In this document: one piece after another, positions 16,051 through 24,128 of the stretch | How the letters are laid out: every line of letters starts with the position of its first letter | Position numbering within the stretch: position 1 is the stretch's first letter | Source of the DNA: an uncultured bacterium | GTDB lineage: Bacteria > Patescibacteriota > Patescibacteriia > Magasanikbacterales > GWA2-37-8 | Length of the DNA: 64,000 nt | Direction of reading: 5' to 3' | Assembly (NCBI GenBank): GCA_937903605.1 | Contig: CALCZC010000016.1 | Span: 3,183 to 67,182, forward strand | The notes under the pieces: model-generated | What the model saw: the letters and a program-made list of their open reading frames with translations, nothing else | What the model was told of the DNA's origin: nothing | The model's database searches: none | Translations under genes and position numbers: made by a program

Positions 16051-17125
16051 TCTTTGAAGCATTCCAATCCCTGTTATCAATGTTTCCGCACTTCTCACAG
16101 TTATAAACTCGTTCATTCATTCCCAAAGTTTCTTTTACATTTCCACATTTATTGCATGTTTTAGAGGACGGATAGAAGCGTGGAACTTGAGCTAAAAGGA
16201 TTGAATTCCATTCAGTTTTATAACTGAGCTGTCTCCCGATTTCCGATAGGGAACTGTCGGCTAATGCTTGGGCTAACTTATGGTTCTGCATCATATTCTT
16301 TAAAGATAAATCTTCCATCATTATTACGCTTGGTTTGGTTTTCACTAAGCTCGTAGTGATTTTATGAAGATTATCCTTACGGGTATTGGATATTTTATAA
16401 TGAAGTTTTGCTACCCGTTTCCTTGATTGTTCTCGGCGGTTACTCCCCTTCTGCCTACGACTTAACTCTCGTTGAAAGCGTTTAAGTTTACGAAGATAAT
16501 ACTTCAATACCTTCGGATTATTAAAGATTTCATTATTGGAAGTATGAATTAGATTAGTAATTCCGAGGTCTATTCCGATGATTTCTCCTGTGGTTTGTTG
16601 TTCTGGGATTTCAAACTCAAAAGAAGTTGATATAAACCAATGCCCTGCTTTCTCTGAGATAACCACTGACTTTATTGGAAGGTTCGGAATGTAATCTTTT
16701 TCCTTTAAACGAATCCATCCAAGACGAGGAAGTTTAATCCTGCCCGATTCGATATGAAAACTTCCGTCAAGGTAGAATGAATTGGAACTTTTATGTTTGG
16801 ATTTGAACCTTGGAAATCCGGCTTTAATGCCTTTCTTCAAATCGCGGAAGAAGTTTTTGAATGCTCTGTCTACATTTCTTATCGCTTGCTGTGGAGCGCA
16901 TTTACTAACTTCATACATCCACGGAAATTCAGTTGCCTTCAATTCATTTAATATTTTATGCTGTTCAATGGGTGAGATTGATTTCTTTTCGGATTCATAA
17001 AGTTTAATTCGCTCATTCAATGCCCAGTTATAAGTAAATCGTGCCGTGCCCGAATGCTTTTTCAGTAACGTTTTTTGTTTATTATTCGGTTTCAATTCAA
17101 CCTTATAACTTTTGGATATCTTCAT
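15923..17125 (-). CDS. tnpB: RNA-guided endonuclease TnpB
   Basis: N-terminal HTH (KSYKVELKPN...RFTYNWAL), RuvC GIDLG / MEDL / RDWNA, CxxC-CxxC zinc finger. Confidence 0.95.
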   Translation of the reverse strand: MKISKSYKVELKPNNKQKTLLKKHSGTARFTYNWALNERIKLYESEKKSISPIEQHKILNELKATEFPWMYEVSKCAPQQAIRNVDRAFKNFFRDLKKGIKAGFPRFKSKHKSSNSFYLDGSFHIESGRIKLPRLGWIRLKEKDYIPNLPIKSVVISEKAGHWFISTSFEFEIPEQQTTGEIIGIDLGITNLIHTSNNEIFNNPKVLKYYLRKLKRFQRELSRRQKGSNRREQSRKRVAKLHYKISNTRKDNLHKITTSLVKTKPSVIMMEDLSLKNMMQNHKLAQALADSSLSEIGRQLSYKTEWNSILLAQVPRFYPSSKTCNKCGNVKETLGMNERVYNCEKCGNIDNRDWNASKNIRDYYTVSSTGINAHGQNVRRENPMESNRSLDEVRNQQKVT

Positions 17126-17188
17126 TTGCTTCTCCTGTTTTAGTAATTATTCATAACTTTTCATAAGATTTAGGTCAACTGTTGACAA

Positions 17189-17218
17189 CCCTCTGTTCTA
17201 CCTTTGAACTACGCGCCT
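17189..17218 (-). tRNA. 5' half of IS-interrupted tRNA-Gln(UUG)
   Basis: AGGCGCG-TA-GTTC-AAAGGTA-GAAC-A-GAGGG. Confidence 0.8.
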
Positions 17219-17222
17219 GTAG

Positions 17223-17489
17223 AATAAAATATTGCATATATAGCCCTGTATGAATAGCGCCTCAAACTTATTATCAGGATAAAGTTTTCTCAAGGATTTT
17301 GAATAAAATTAATCTTTACAAATTTAATCTTTAATCAACAACTTTTAAGTCTTAAAACTTTATCTTTGACCGTTATTCTTTAAACTTTAATGAGCATTTT
17401 ACTGATGCCCAACAGTGCTTCAATGCAGTGGAGCATACGCTGCCCCGTGCGAATAAGTGTTGCCGTTCTCATATATGCAATATTTTATT
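17223..17489 (-). ncRNA. candidate structured RNA with heptameric (A/U)UUAAAG repeats, closed by a 19-bp stem
   Basis: Perfect inverted repeat 17223-17241/17471-17489; internal hairpins with G-U pairs on the minus strand; about 11 AAAG-like units at ~7-nt spacing (17300-17391). Confidence 0.7.
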
Positions 17490-17491
17490 AT

Positions 17492-18112
17492 TTAGATTTC
17501 AATAAACGTTTTAGCGTTGCTTTCGGACAAAACAAAGTCTATCTCTGATTCAAACTTCGATATTTCTTCATCCAATTTCTGTATTTGTGCTTTAACATTA
17601 ATAGGATCGAATATTTCATAGCAATTCATCTTGCGGTATAAACCAATAAATTCATCAAGACTTGTGGATTTTTTATCCGTTCCAACTCCCTGGGCCTGTA
17701 ATACTCTCTCTAGTGATTCTTCTACTTTCTTATTTGCATCTTTTGCCAATTTATCGGTATTAATAAGCTGCGCCGCCAATATATCTCTTAACATCTTTTT
17801 ATCTGCCATATTTTTCTTTTTTTCTATGCAAGCAGATACAGATAGATTTTCTCCATTGAAGTTTATTATAGTATTTGTGTTAGATAGTATAATTGCTGTT
17901 TTTATCTTATGCCATCTGTTAATTAAGGCATTTATGCTATCAAGAGCCGCTTTCGTGTCAGAGCCAAACTGATTCTTATTCTGATTATTATAGGTTTTAT
18001 CTCCATCGTTTCTGGCTATTGATACAAATGCTGTTGAATTAATGGTATCGTGAATACGCTTTGATATTGTTTTTAATTCTGATAGGCCACGAGTTATTGT
18101 AATCTTTTCCAT
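17492..18112 (-). CDS. long coiled-coil protein (resembles DUF6847/DIP1984-like family)
   Basis: ITxxRGLSELKTxxKRI N terminus and FxSEIDxxLSESNAxTxIE C terminus; family recalled from memory, not searched. Confidence 0.65.
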   Translation of the reverse strand: MEKITITRGLSELKTISKRIHDTINSTAFVSIARNDGDKTYNNQNKNQFGSDTKAALDSINALINRWHKIKTAIILSNTNTIINFNGENLSVSACIEKKKNMADKKMLRDILAAQLINTDKLAKDANKKVEESLERVLQAQGVGTDKKSTSLDEFIGLYRKMNCYEIFDPINVKAQIQKLDEEISKFESEIDFVLSESNAKTFIEI

Positions 18113-18154
18113 TTCGATTGCTCCTTTTTATTTTTTGTTACCTCTCATATTCTA

Positions 18155-18183
18155 ATTTTACTATGCCATTAATTAAATGTCAA
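18155..18183 (-). promoter_or_regulatory. sigmaA-type promoter of the coiled-coil/ncRNA/tRNA operon
   Basis: TTGACA-17 nt-TAAAAT. Confidence 0.75.
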
Positions 18184-18451
18184 GAACTATTTTAAAATTA
18201 TTTTATAACTATATGTATAATTTTTATACAGCAAAATATGGCTCTGAAGAATGGCCATGGTGGCCTATTTTAAAAACACCAACAATAATAATGAGAGTAT
18301 ACCCCCCCTTACTCTATCTCTATATATATCTTAACTTGTATATATGTTTATATTATATAGATAGATAGTTATTAAAAATAGTATATGTTAAATTATTAGC
18401 TTAATTTTAACATGTATATAGAAAATATTTTTTAATATTTTTAAAAAGTTC

Positions 18452-18480
18452 TTGACATTCATTTTGTAATATGTTAAGAT
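18452..18480 (+). promoter_or_regulatory. sigmaA-type promoter of the packaging operon
   Basis: TTGACA-17 nt-TAAGAT with extended -10 TG. Confidence 0.75.
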
Positions 18481-18501
18481 AACATTATGGAGGCGATAAA
18501 T

Positions 18502-18681
18502 ATGAAACAGAAAGCATTAGCGGCAATACAGGCATATAAGATTATGGATGCTAAGGCATCAGCAATGGCATCACAGATGTCTAATTCTGATCCGTTATAT
18601 ATGGCGGCAGATTATGCTGGCATGGTAGTTAATGTTTATGTTTACATGTTTATTAATTGGATAGAAAACAAATTAAAGTAA
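18502..18681 (+). CDS. hypothetical protein
   Basis: GGAGG SD before ATG 18502. Confidence 0.6.
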   Translation: MKQKALAAIQAYKIMDAKASAMASQMSNSDPLYMAADYAGMVVNVYVYMFINWIENKLK

Positions 18682-18697
18682 AAGGAGCGGATATCTT

Positions 18698-18931
18698 TTG
18701 AGTAAAGTTTCGGCAGAGTTAATTACTGGTTTATTTAAAGAGAAGTTGGACATCGACACAAGCAATCTTAAGCAGACTTATATTGCTCCTCGTCCTATTG
18801 TTTGCAAAGAATGTAATCTTAAATTTCAATCTATTGATGTTGCATGCTTTGACTACAACCCTGATAGAGTATTAGTCCACTGTCCTCAGTGCAAAACACA
18901 AAATCTAATTCTTAAAAGGAAAATGTTATAA
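18698..18931 (+). CDS. zinc-ribbon protein
   Basis: CKEC...CPQC; AAGGAG SD with TTG start. Confidence 0.65.
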   Translation: MSKVSAELITGLFKEKLDIDTSNLKQTYIAPRPIVCKECNLKFQSIDVACFDYNPDRVLVHCPQCKTQNLILKRKML

Positions 18932-19998
18932 TGGCATCATCTCTTGATATTTCGTTAGGTAGAATTAAAAAAGAGCTTCCAACTCTATGGCCTGGACAAA
19001 TGCCGGCAACAATAGATGAGTTTTTATATTCGTCTAAAATCCCTAACACTACGCAAATAGATTATGAAAAGACCTTTAGGGATTTATATATCTTCCTTCG
19101 TAATGTTAAAAAGCGTAATGAGGCAGATATTATCGTATGGTTATTTGTTCGCGAAAAGATGTTTGATATATATCAACAGCATGGCGATAATCCAAGAGAT
19201 TTTAACACTGCAATTAAGCGCTCATTTGGTTACGACCGTTCAAGGCCAGATGAAGATTGGGCAGGACAGACTGGCAGAGAGGCAATAAAAGATAGACTTG
19301 ACCGCCAAGAAGATAATATTATTAAGATGCAGAATATTGATAAACATGCGCCAAAAGTTGATAAACAATTAAGCGACCTTCGCGAGATACCAAAAGAAGA
19401 CCTTGATAAAATACTTTGCCTTGAACCAGATACTGAGGCAATAATAAAAGATCCAGAAACATTTGAGTATGTAAGAGAACGCGATTATTATTTTAAACGC
19501 AAAAACGAATATCGTGATGCTTACAATTTGAATAGTAGCGCAGACGCTCCGTTGCTTAATGAAGTCGTTATGCGCGAAATACAATTATCTAGATTCGATG
19601 AATACATGGCCAAAAACCATAATAGATTCGTTGGTGACGCAAGAGATCGAGTATTTGAGGGATTATGTAAGGCGCAGAAATCTTTGGGCATATCAAGAGA
19701 GCAGCGTATCGAGGCAGAAGGCGTTGCAAAAGATACGATAGCAGATTTGGCAGATACATTTGAGGCTTATATACAGGAACACCATATCGATCTATCAAAT
19801 CTATTTGCTCTTGAGGAAATCGAAGTATTATTGCAGAAATATGACCGTGGTGAATTTAGAGGAACCAAAGAATTATCAGAACATTCTTTTAAATATCTGA
19901 CTAAGGGAACTACTGTCGAAGAAGCAAGAAAGATATTGGAAGAGAATAGGTCATTAATGGATGAATTAGACAAACAGGCAAGTCAAATAAAATTTTAA
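18931..19998 (+). CDS. hypothetical protein, possibly terminase small subunit-like
   Basis: 355-aa helical protein upstream of terL; function inferred from position only. Confidence 0.4.
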   Translation: MASSLDISLGRIKKELPTLWPGQMPATIDEFLYSSKIPNTTQIDYEKTFRDLYIFLRNVKKRNEADIIVWLFVREKMFDIYQQHGDNPRDFNTAIKRSFGYDRSRPDEDWAGQTGREAIKDRLDRQEDNIIKMQNIDKHAPKVDKQLSDLREIPKEDLDKILCLEPDTEAIIKDPETFEYVRERDYYFKRKNEYRDAYNLNSSADAPLLNEVVMREIQLSRFDEYMAKNHNRFVGDARDRVFEGLCKAQKSLGISREQRIEAEGVAKDTIADLADTFEAYIQEHHIDLSNLFALEEIEVLLQKYDRGEFRGTKELSEHSFKYLTKGTTVEEARKILEENRSLMDELDKQASQIKF

Positions 19999-20009
19999 AG
20001 GAGCAATAA

Positions 20010-20231
20010 ATGGAACTTGAAGCAGTTATATCTGAACAATCATATAGTTATCAGCCACCATATAAAAAATATATTATAAATTTTGATTCAGTAAAAACAA
20101 TCGAGGATGTGAAAATACTTCTAGCAGCAATGAATTTGTCATTTCATGTTTATCGTTGTGATGAGAAGAAAACAGATATGGAGAGATTTATTAATTCAAA
20201 CCAACATTTGTTTATAGAGGCAAAGGAGTAG
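20010..20231 (+). CDS. hypothetical protein, paralog of 20405-20620
   Basis: Shared PYKKY.IN....KT.EDVK...HLFIE.KE-like pattern. Confidence 0.7.
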   Translation: MELEAVISEQSYSYQPPYKKYIINFDSVKTIEDVKILLAAMNLSFHVYRCDEKKTDMERFINSNQHLFIEAKE

Positions 20232-20233
20232 TT

Positions 20234-20395
20234 ATGGCCAAGAAAATATTATGTGAAGATTGCACGGTTGATATTACCAATGAAAACAAGTATAACGTTA
20301 AACGATTGGGCATTAAAGATTATGTGTGTCAGAAATGTTACACTAAGAAGTTAGATAAGATAAAGAAACAGGAATTAAAGAAAAGAGCAATGTAA
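20234..20395 (+). CDS. 53-aa zinc-finger protein (CEDC...CQKC)
   Basis: Manual translation; AAGGAG SD. Confidence 0.65.
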   Translation: MAKKILCEDCTVDITNENKYNVKRLGIKDYVCQKCYTKKLDKIKKQELKKRAM

Positions 20396-20404
20396 GGAGC
20401 GATT

Positions 20405-20620
20405 ATGGAAAAAGAAGAATATGGACAAGCTATAGACCAAACTGCGATAGTTCATTTGCCATATAAAAAATATAAAATTAATATTGAAAACATAAAGACG
20501 GTTGAAGACGTTAAAATGGTCTTTAGAATAATGGATATATCCTTATTTACATACGCAAATACTGATATGATGAAAGAAATAGATTTACATAAAGACCTAT
20601 TTATAGAAATAAAGGAGTAA
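20405..20620 (+). CDS. hypothetical protein, paralog of 20010-20231
   Basis: ORF track; AAGGAG SD. Confidence 0.7.
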   Translation: MEKEEYGQAIDQTAIVHLPYKKYKINIENIKTVEDVKMVFRIMDISLFTYANTDMMKEIDLHKDLFIEIKE

Positions 20621-20729
20621 TTATGAAAGAAAATATTGGTTTTATTAAATAAGATACAAGTTATATAATTAAACCTATAATACCAATTCCCATTAAAATA
20701 ATAAAAATAAAAGAAAAGGGGCAAAAATA

Positions 20730-21851
20730 ATGTTTAAGGCAGAGGTTAAAACAGGTGAATTTTCAAGGCAGTTGAAAAGATGTTCGGAAATAGTTCCTTC
20801 TTCAGTAGCGTCTCCTATATTACAGAATGTAAAGGTATCATTTAATAAAGACAGTTTAAAACTATTTGCTACTGATATGGAAGCATTTGTTGATATATCA
20901 GTTGCGATGATAGGCGATAATGATGTTCAGTATTCTGCGTTGTTCAATGTTAATTTATTGTGCCAGATAATGAACGCGATCCAGGCGCCTAAAACGGAAA
21001 TATGTTTTGATTCAGAAACTGTAACGCTTTATCTCTCAACCCCTAGGCAGAATTATGAAATAAGAGGGTTTAAAGCAGAAGACTTCCCAACTATTCCGGC
21101 TGTAAATGGCAACGCAGTGCTTGAAGAAACTGAATATGACGTAGACGCATTTCAGCGCATGATTAACGCAACTGCATGGGCGCTTCCCAAAAAAGAACAT
21201 ATTGAATATTGCTGGTTCTATTTTAGAGGCAGCGAAGGCGCATTAACTTGTTATACAACTTGCCGTGAAGCGATATCTAAATATGCAATTAACAATGGCT
21301 GGAGTGGAGAAGATGTTGAGTTTATTCTTCCCCCGAAGATGTTGCTTAAGATTGCAAAATATAAAGCCCATGAAAAGAATATTACGATTTCTGTATTTAG
21401 CGATTATACTTGCTTGCGTTTTGATAATGCAACATATATAATAAGAACATCGGCATCATCATTCCTTCCTTTCGATAGCATAATGGAACAGCAGATGGCG
21501 ACTACAAACATCGCAACTGTTTCATCAGTATTAATAAACGCAGATGTTAAGTCGATATTGCCGTTAACTGGAAATGGAGAGTTTTGCTGGATAGAACTTG
21601 AAAGCGATGGCGATGATAAGCTCGTAATGAAGGCAACATCAATGTCACAGAGTCATGGTTCGATAAGAACTGCGGCCAAAGTAAATGGCGAATTAAAAGG
21701 CAAATACTCAGATACAAAATTAAAATCAGCTCTTGAGAGTATGTCGGCAAATGAAGTCAAACTTAAACAGGGTCCAGTTGCGCTGATAATGGAAGCAGAT
21801 TATGGCGATGGCGCAGAGAGTGCTACGAATATGATAGGAATTAAAAAATAA
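20730..21851 (+). CDS. dnaN: DNA polymerase III beta sliding clamp homolog
   Basis: 373 aa; PILQNV...LKLFATDME and AEDFPTIP motifs of the beta clamp. Confidence 0.8.
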   Translation: MFKAEVKTGEFSRQLKRCSEIVPSSVASPILQNVKVSFNKDSLKLFATDMEAFVDISVAMIGDNDVQYSALFNVNLLCQIMNAIQAPKTEICFDSETVTLYLSTPRQNYEIRGFKAEDFPTIPAVNGNAVLEETEYDVDAFQRMINATAWALPKKEHIEYCWFYFRGSEGALTCYTTCREAISKYAINNGWSGEDVEFILPPKMLLKIAKYKAHEKNITISVFSDYTCLRFDNATYIIRTSASSFLPFDSIMEQQMATTNIATVSSVLINADVKSILPLTGNGEFCWIELESDGDDKLVMKATSMSQSHGSIRTAAKVNGELKGKYSDTKLKSALESMSANEVKLKQGPVALIMEADYGDGAESATNMIGIKK

Positions 21852-21865
21852 TAGGAGAGTGGAAT

Positions 21866-22204
21866 ATGAGTTTAGACCAAACAAAAAAGGCAATCGGAAA
21901 TCACAAAAACAAAAATTTGGCGTTGGGCAAGACAGATGTAAGCGATTTTATTAATATGGGACCAGAAGGCAAAACTCTTGTTTTTAAAATACAAGATGGA
22001 CCTATTAAAGAATATGGATTAAATGGGTGCCAAGTCTCCGATATTATCGAGATCGCCACAGATATAATTCGCCAGCTTAATGAATTATATCCTTGTCGCG
22101 AAAATGCTATAACTATAACAAAATTGGAAGAAGCATTAATGTGGCAAGAAAAAAGAACTCAAGATAGAATAATTCGAAATGTTGAAGGCAAAAATATAGA
22201 ATAA
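21866..22204 (+). CDS. tad1: Tad1-family anti-Thoeris/anti-CBASS nucleotide sponge
   Basis: Q.GPIKE.G.NG...D...I.........RENA..ITKLEEALMW..KR..DR..RNVEG matches the Tad1 C-terminal signature. Confidence 0.8.
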   Translation: MSLDQTKKAIGNHKNKNLALGKTDVSDFINMGPEGKTLVFKIQDGPIKEYGLNGCQVSDIIEIATDIIRQLNELYPCRENAITITKLEEALMWQEKRTQDRIIRNVEGKNIE

Positions 22205-22242
22205 AATAGGATGTGAATGGCGGGGCTTAGTCCCCGCCTATA

Positions 22243-24021
22243 ATGGCAATACTTAGTCAATTTAAAAATCATGCAGTTAAAATAGATTGGAATACTAAGA
22301 AGCGATATTTGAAGATGATATGGTTCTTCAGAACATATCCTCATATCGCCGCTCGTATGCTTTTAGGGCTTAGATTGGCCCCTCATCAACGAATTGCTAT
22401 TAATACGGCATGGCAGACGCCAAGATGTATATGGCAATTCTCTCGTGGTATGGCGAAGACCTTTACTGAGTCAACCATGATTACCCTTTTAGAAATGTTA
22501 TATCCTTCGTATAAAATACAATCAACTGCTGGCGGTTCATTTAAACAGACCGAACAGACTTTTGATTATATTGAGTCTATCGTTAAAAGCGAAGTGTTAG
22601 GGCAGAGCGAAAAACATTATGCCAGAAAATTATTGCCAAAACAGGATAGAGTTATAACTAAACAGCCTTCTAATTGGTCGATGAAGATGGCCAAGGGAAT
22701 AAGCAGGGGTTTAGCGATCAAGGGAGGTAATAGAGGTTTCCGTGCTAACACGCTAACTGTCGGCGAAGCGAATGATATTGAACGCGAAACGATGGATAAG
22801 GTGCTTAGACCGTTCCTAAACGTCTTGTATGACCCAATGAATTTTGATAGACGCACTAAGTTTTGTCCTGTGCCTGGATTTAGAGACAGAAGAAAAGAAA
22901 AGAACTTCTTGCTATTGTCTGGAACTATTTCCTATGATTTCACATATTATTTTCAGTTAATAAAAGAATATCAGCAACGAATGCTCGATGGAGATTCGGA
23001 ATATGCTGTTATCTTTTTTGATTTTGAAGACAGTTATATTGGCGAACAGAGTATCGATCCAAATGTTCCGCCAGTTGTCCATAAGGTTTATTATGGAATG
23101 GATTTGGGAGAAATACTCGCGCCATTAAAAGAAGAGAATGTAAGTTATGAGCATTGGCTTGCAGAACAGAAAAATATCCCTGTTGCATCTGAAGGCAAGT
23201 TCTATCCGCCGGCGCTCGTTTATGATAGCTATAAACTAAAGAATGGTAATGACTCCATGGCATGCCTTAAATTTGAATCACAAGGCATATGCTTCATGGG
23301 AATTGACCCATTCTATGGAAGCGCTAAAGGCCAGAAGACTCAAAATAAGAACGCAGAGTTTGGCTTAACTATTTTGGAGTTAATGGAAGACCATGCTCAG
23401 TTAGTGCATTGCATAGGCGTAAGGAATATAGATTATAGCGGCGCAACACAGATTATCCTTGATTATATGAAGAAGTTTTCAAGGATACATTTAATTGGAA
23501 TGGACGCTCGTGGTGGCGGTATCCCTATAAGAGATAACTTAAGGTCTGGCAAGTTTGGAAACATCCCTATTATAGATCCAACTGACCCAGATAATGCGCC
23601 ATTTCTTGAACAGAATAATTGCTCTCCTTATTTGGATTGCTTGAGGCTTGTATCGCCCACTGATGAGTTTAATACAATGCATAATGAATCATTAAAAAAT
23701 ATGTTGCAGATGAGAAATATAATTATTCCATTTACAACACACGGCCATTTCGATTATGATAGAGATAACCGCATTCCGCAATATGAAAAAAGACCGGAAG
23801 CAGATATAGATAAATTATATCGTGATTTACATGTATTAAAGACGCAGTTAACATCTGTCGAGACGGAAGCGACAAGTAATTATCTTAAATTCTTTGTTCG
23901 CTCTGGGCAGAAAGATAGATATTCATCTTTCGTATATGCGGCTGCAATGTATTGGACCTGGAGACTAAATCATTTAAATATTACATCGCGTACTAATGTC
24001 CCAGGCGCGGCGTGGAGATAA
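22243..24021 (+). CDS. terL: terminase large subunit
   Basis: L.PHQ adenine-binding motif, Walker A SRGMAKT, RG.RA...Walker B (variant VGE), nuclease MGIDP, MDARGGG and KDRYSS. Confidence 0.9.
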   Translation: MAILSQFKNHAVKIDWNTKKRYLKMIWFFRTYPHIAARMLLGLRLAPHQRIAINTAWQTPRCIWQFSRGMAKTFTESTMITLLEMLYPSYKIQSTAGGSFKQTEQTFDYIESIVKSEVLGQSEKHYARKLLPKQDRVITKQPSNWSMKMAKGISRGLAIKGGNRGFRANTLTVGEANDIERETMDKVLRPFLNVLYDPMNFDRRTKFCPVPGFRDRRKEKNFLLLSGTISYDFTYYFQLIKEYQQRMLDGDSEYAVIFFDFEDSYIGEQSIDPNVPPVVHKVYYGMDLGEILAPLKEENVSYEHWLAEQKNIPVASEGKFYPPALVYDSYKLKNGNDSMACLKFESQGICFMGIDPFYGSAKGQKTQNKNAEFGLTILELMEDHAQLVHCIGVRNIDYSGATQIILDYMKKFSRIHLIGMDARGGGIPIRDNLRSGKFGNIPIIDPTDPDNAPFLEQNNCSPYLDCLRLVSPTDEFNTMHNESLKNMLQMRNIIIPFTTHGHFDYDRDNRIPQYEKRPEADIDKLYRDLHVLKTQLTSVETEATSNYLKFFVRSGQKDRYSSFVYAAAMYWTWRLNHLNITSRTNVPGAAWR

Positions 24022-24045
24022 AATGAAAATAAATTTAAAAAACAG

Positions 24046-24074
24046 TTGACATCCTATTTATTTATGATTAGAAT
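24046..24074 (+). promoter_or_regulatory. sigmaA-type promoter upstream of portal
   Basis: TTGACA-17 nt-TAGAAT. Confidence 0.7.
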
Positions 24075-24128
24075 ATAAATAGGATAATGCTGTATTTTTG
24101 TACACTTAATTTTGGATTGGAGGACTAC

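Larger units (their letters stand above)
15895..17188 (-). mobile_element. non-autonomous IS607-type element (tnpB only) inserted in tRNA-Gln
   Basis: GG core (GGTT microhomology) at both junctions; removing the element restores a 71-nt tRNA; subterminal CTTATGAAAA motifs at both ends; no tnpA. Confidence 0.8.

Noticed and set aside
15564-16057. ORF-track extension 15402-15677 and ORF 15761-16057
   Set aside because: They overlap tRNA-Pro, the tRNA-like RNA and the IS end; the real RHH start is 15563.
15895-17188. IStron (group I intron-IS hybrid) that would splice out of the tRNA
   Set aside because: Only ~60 nt lie between the left end and tnpB in each element, too short for a group I core.
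22243-24021. Intein or intron in terL
   Set aside because: Normal length, with no splice-junction or homing-endonuclease motifs.
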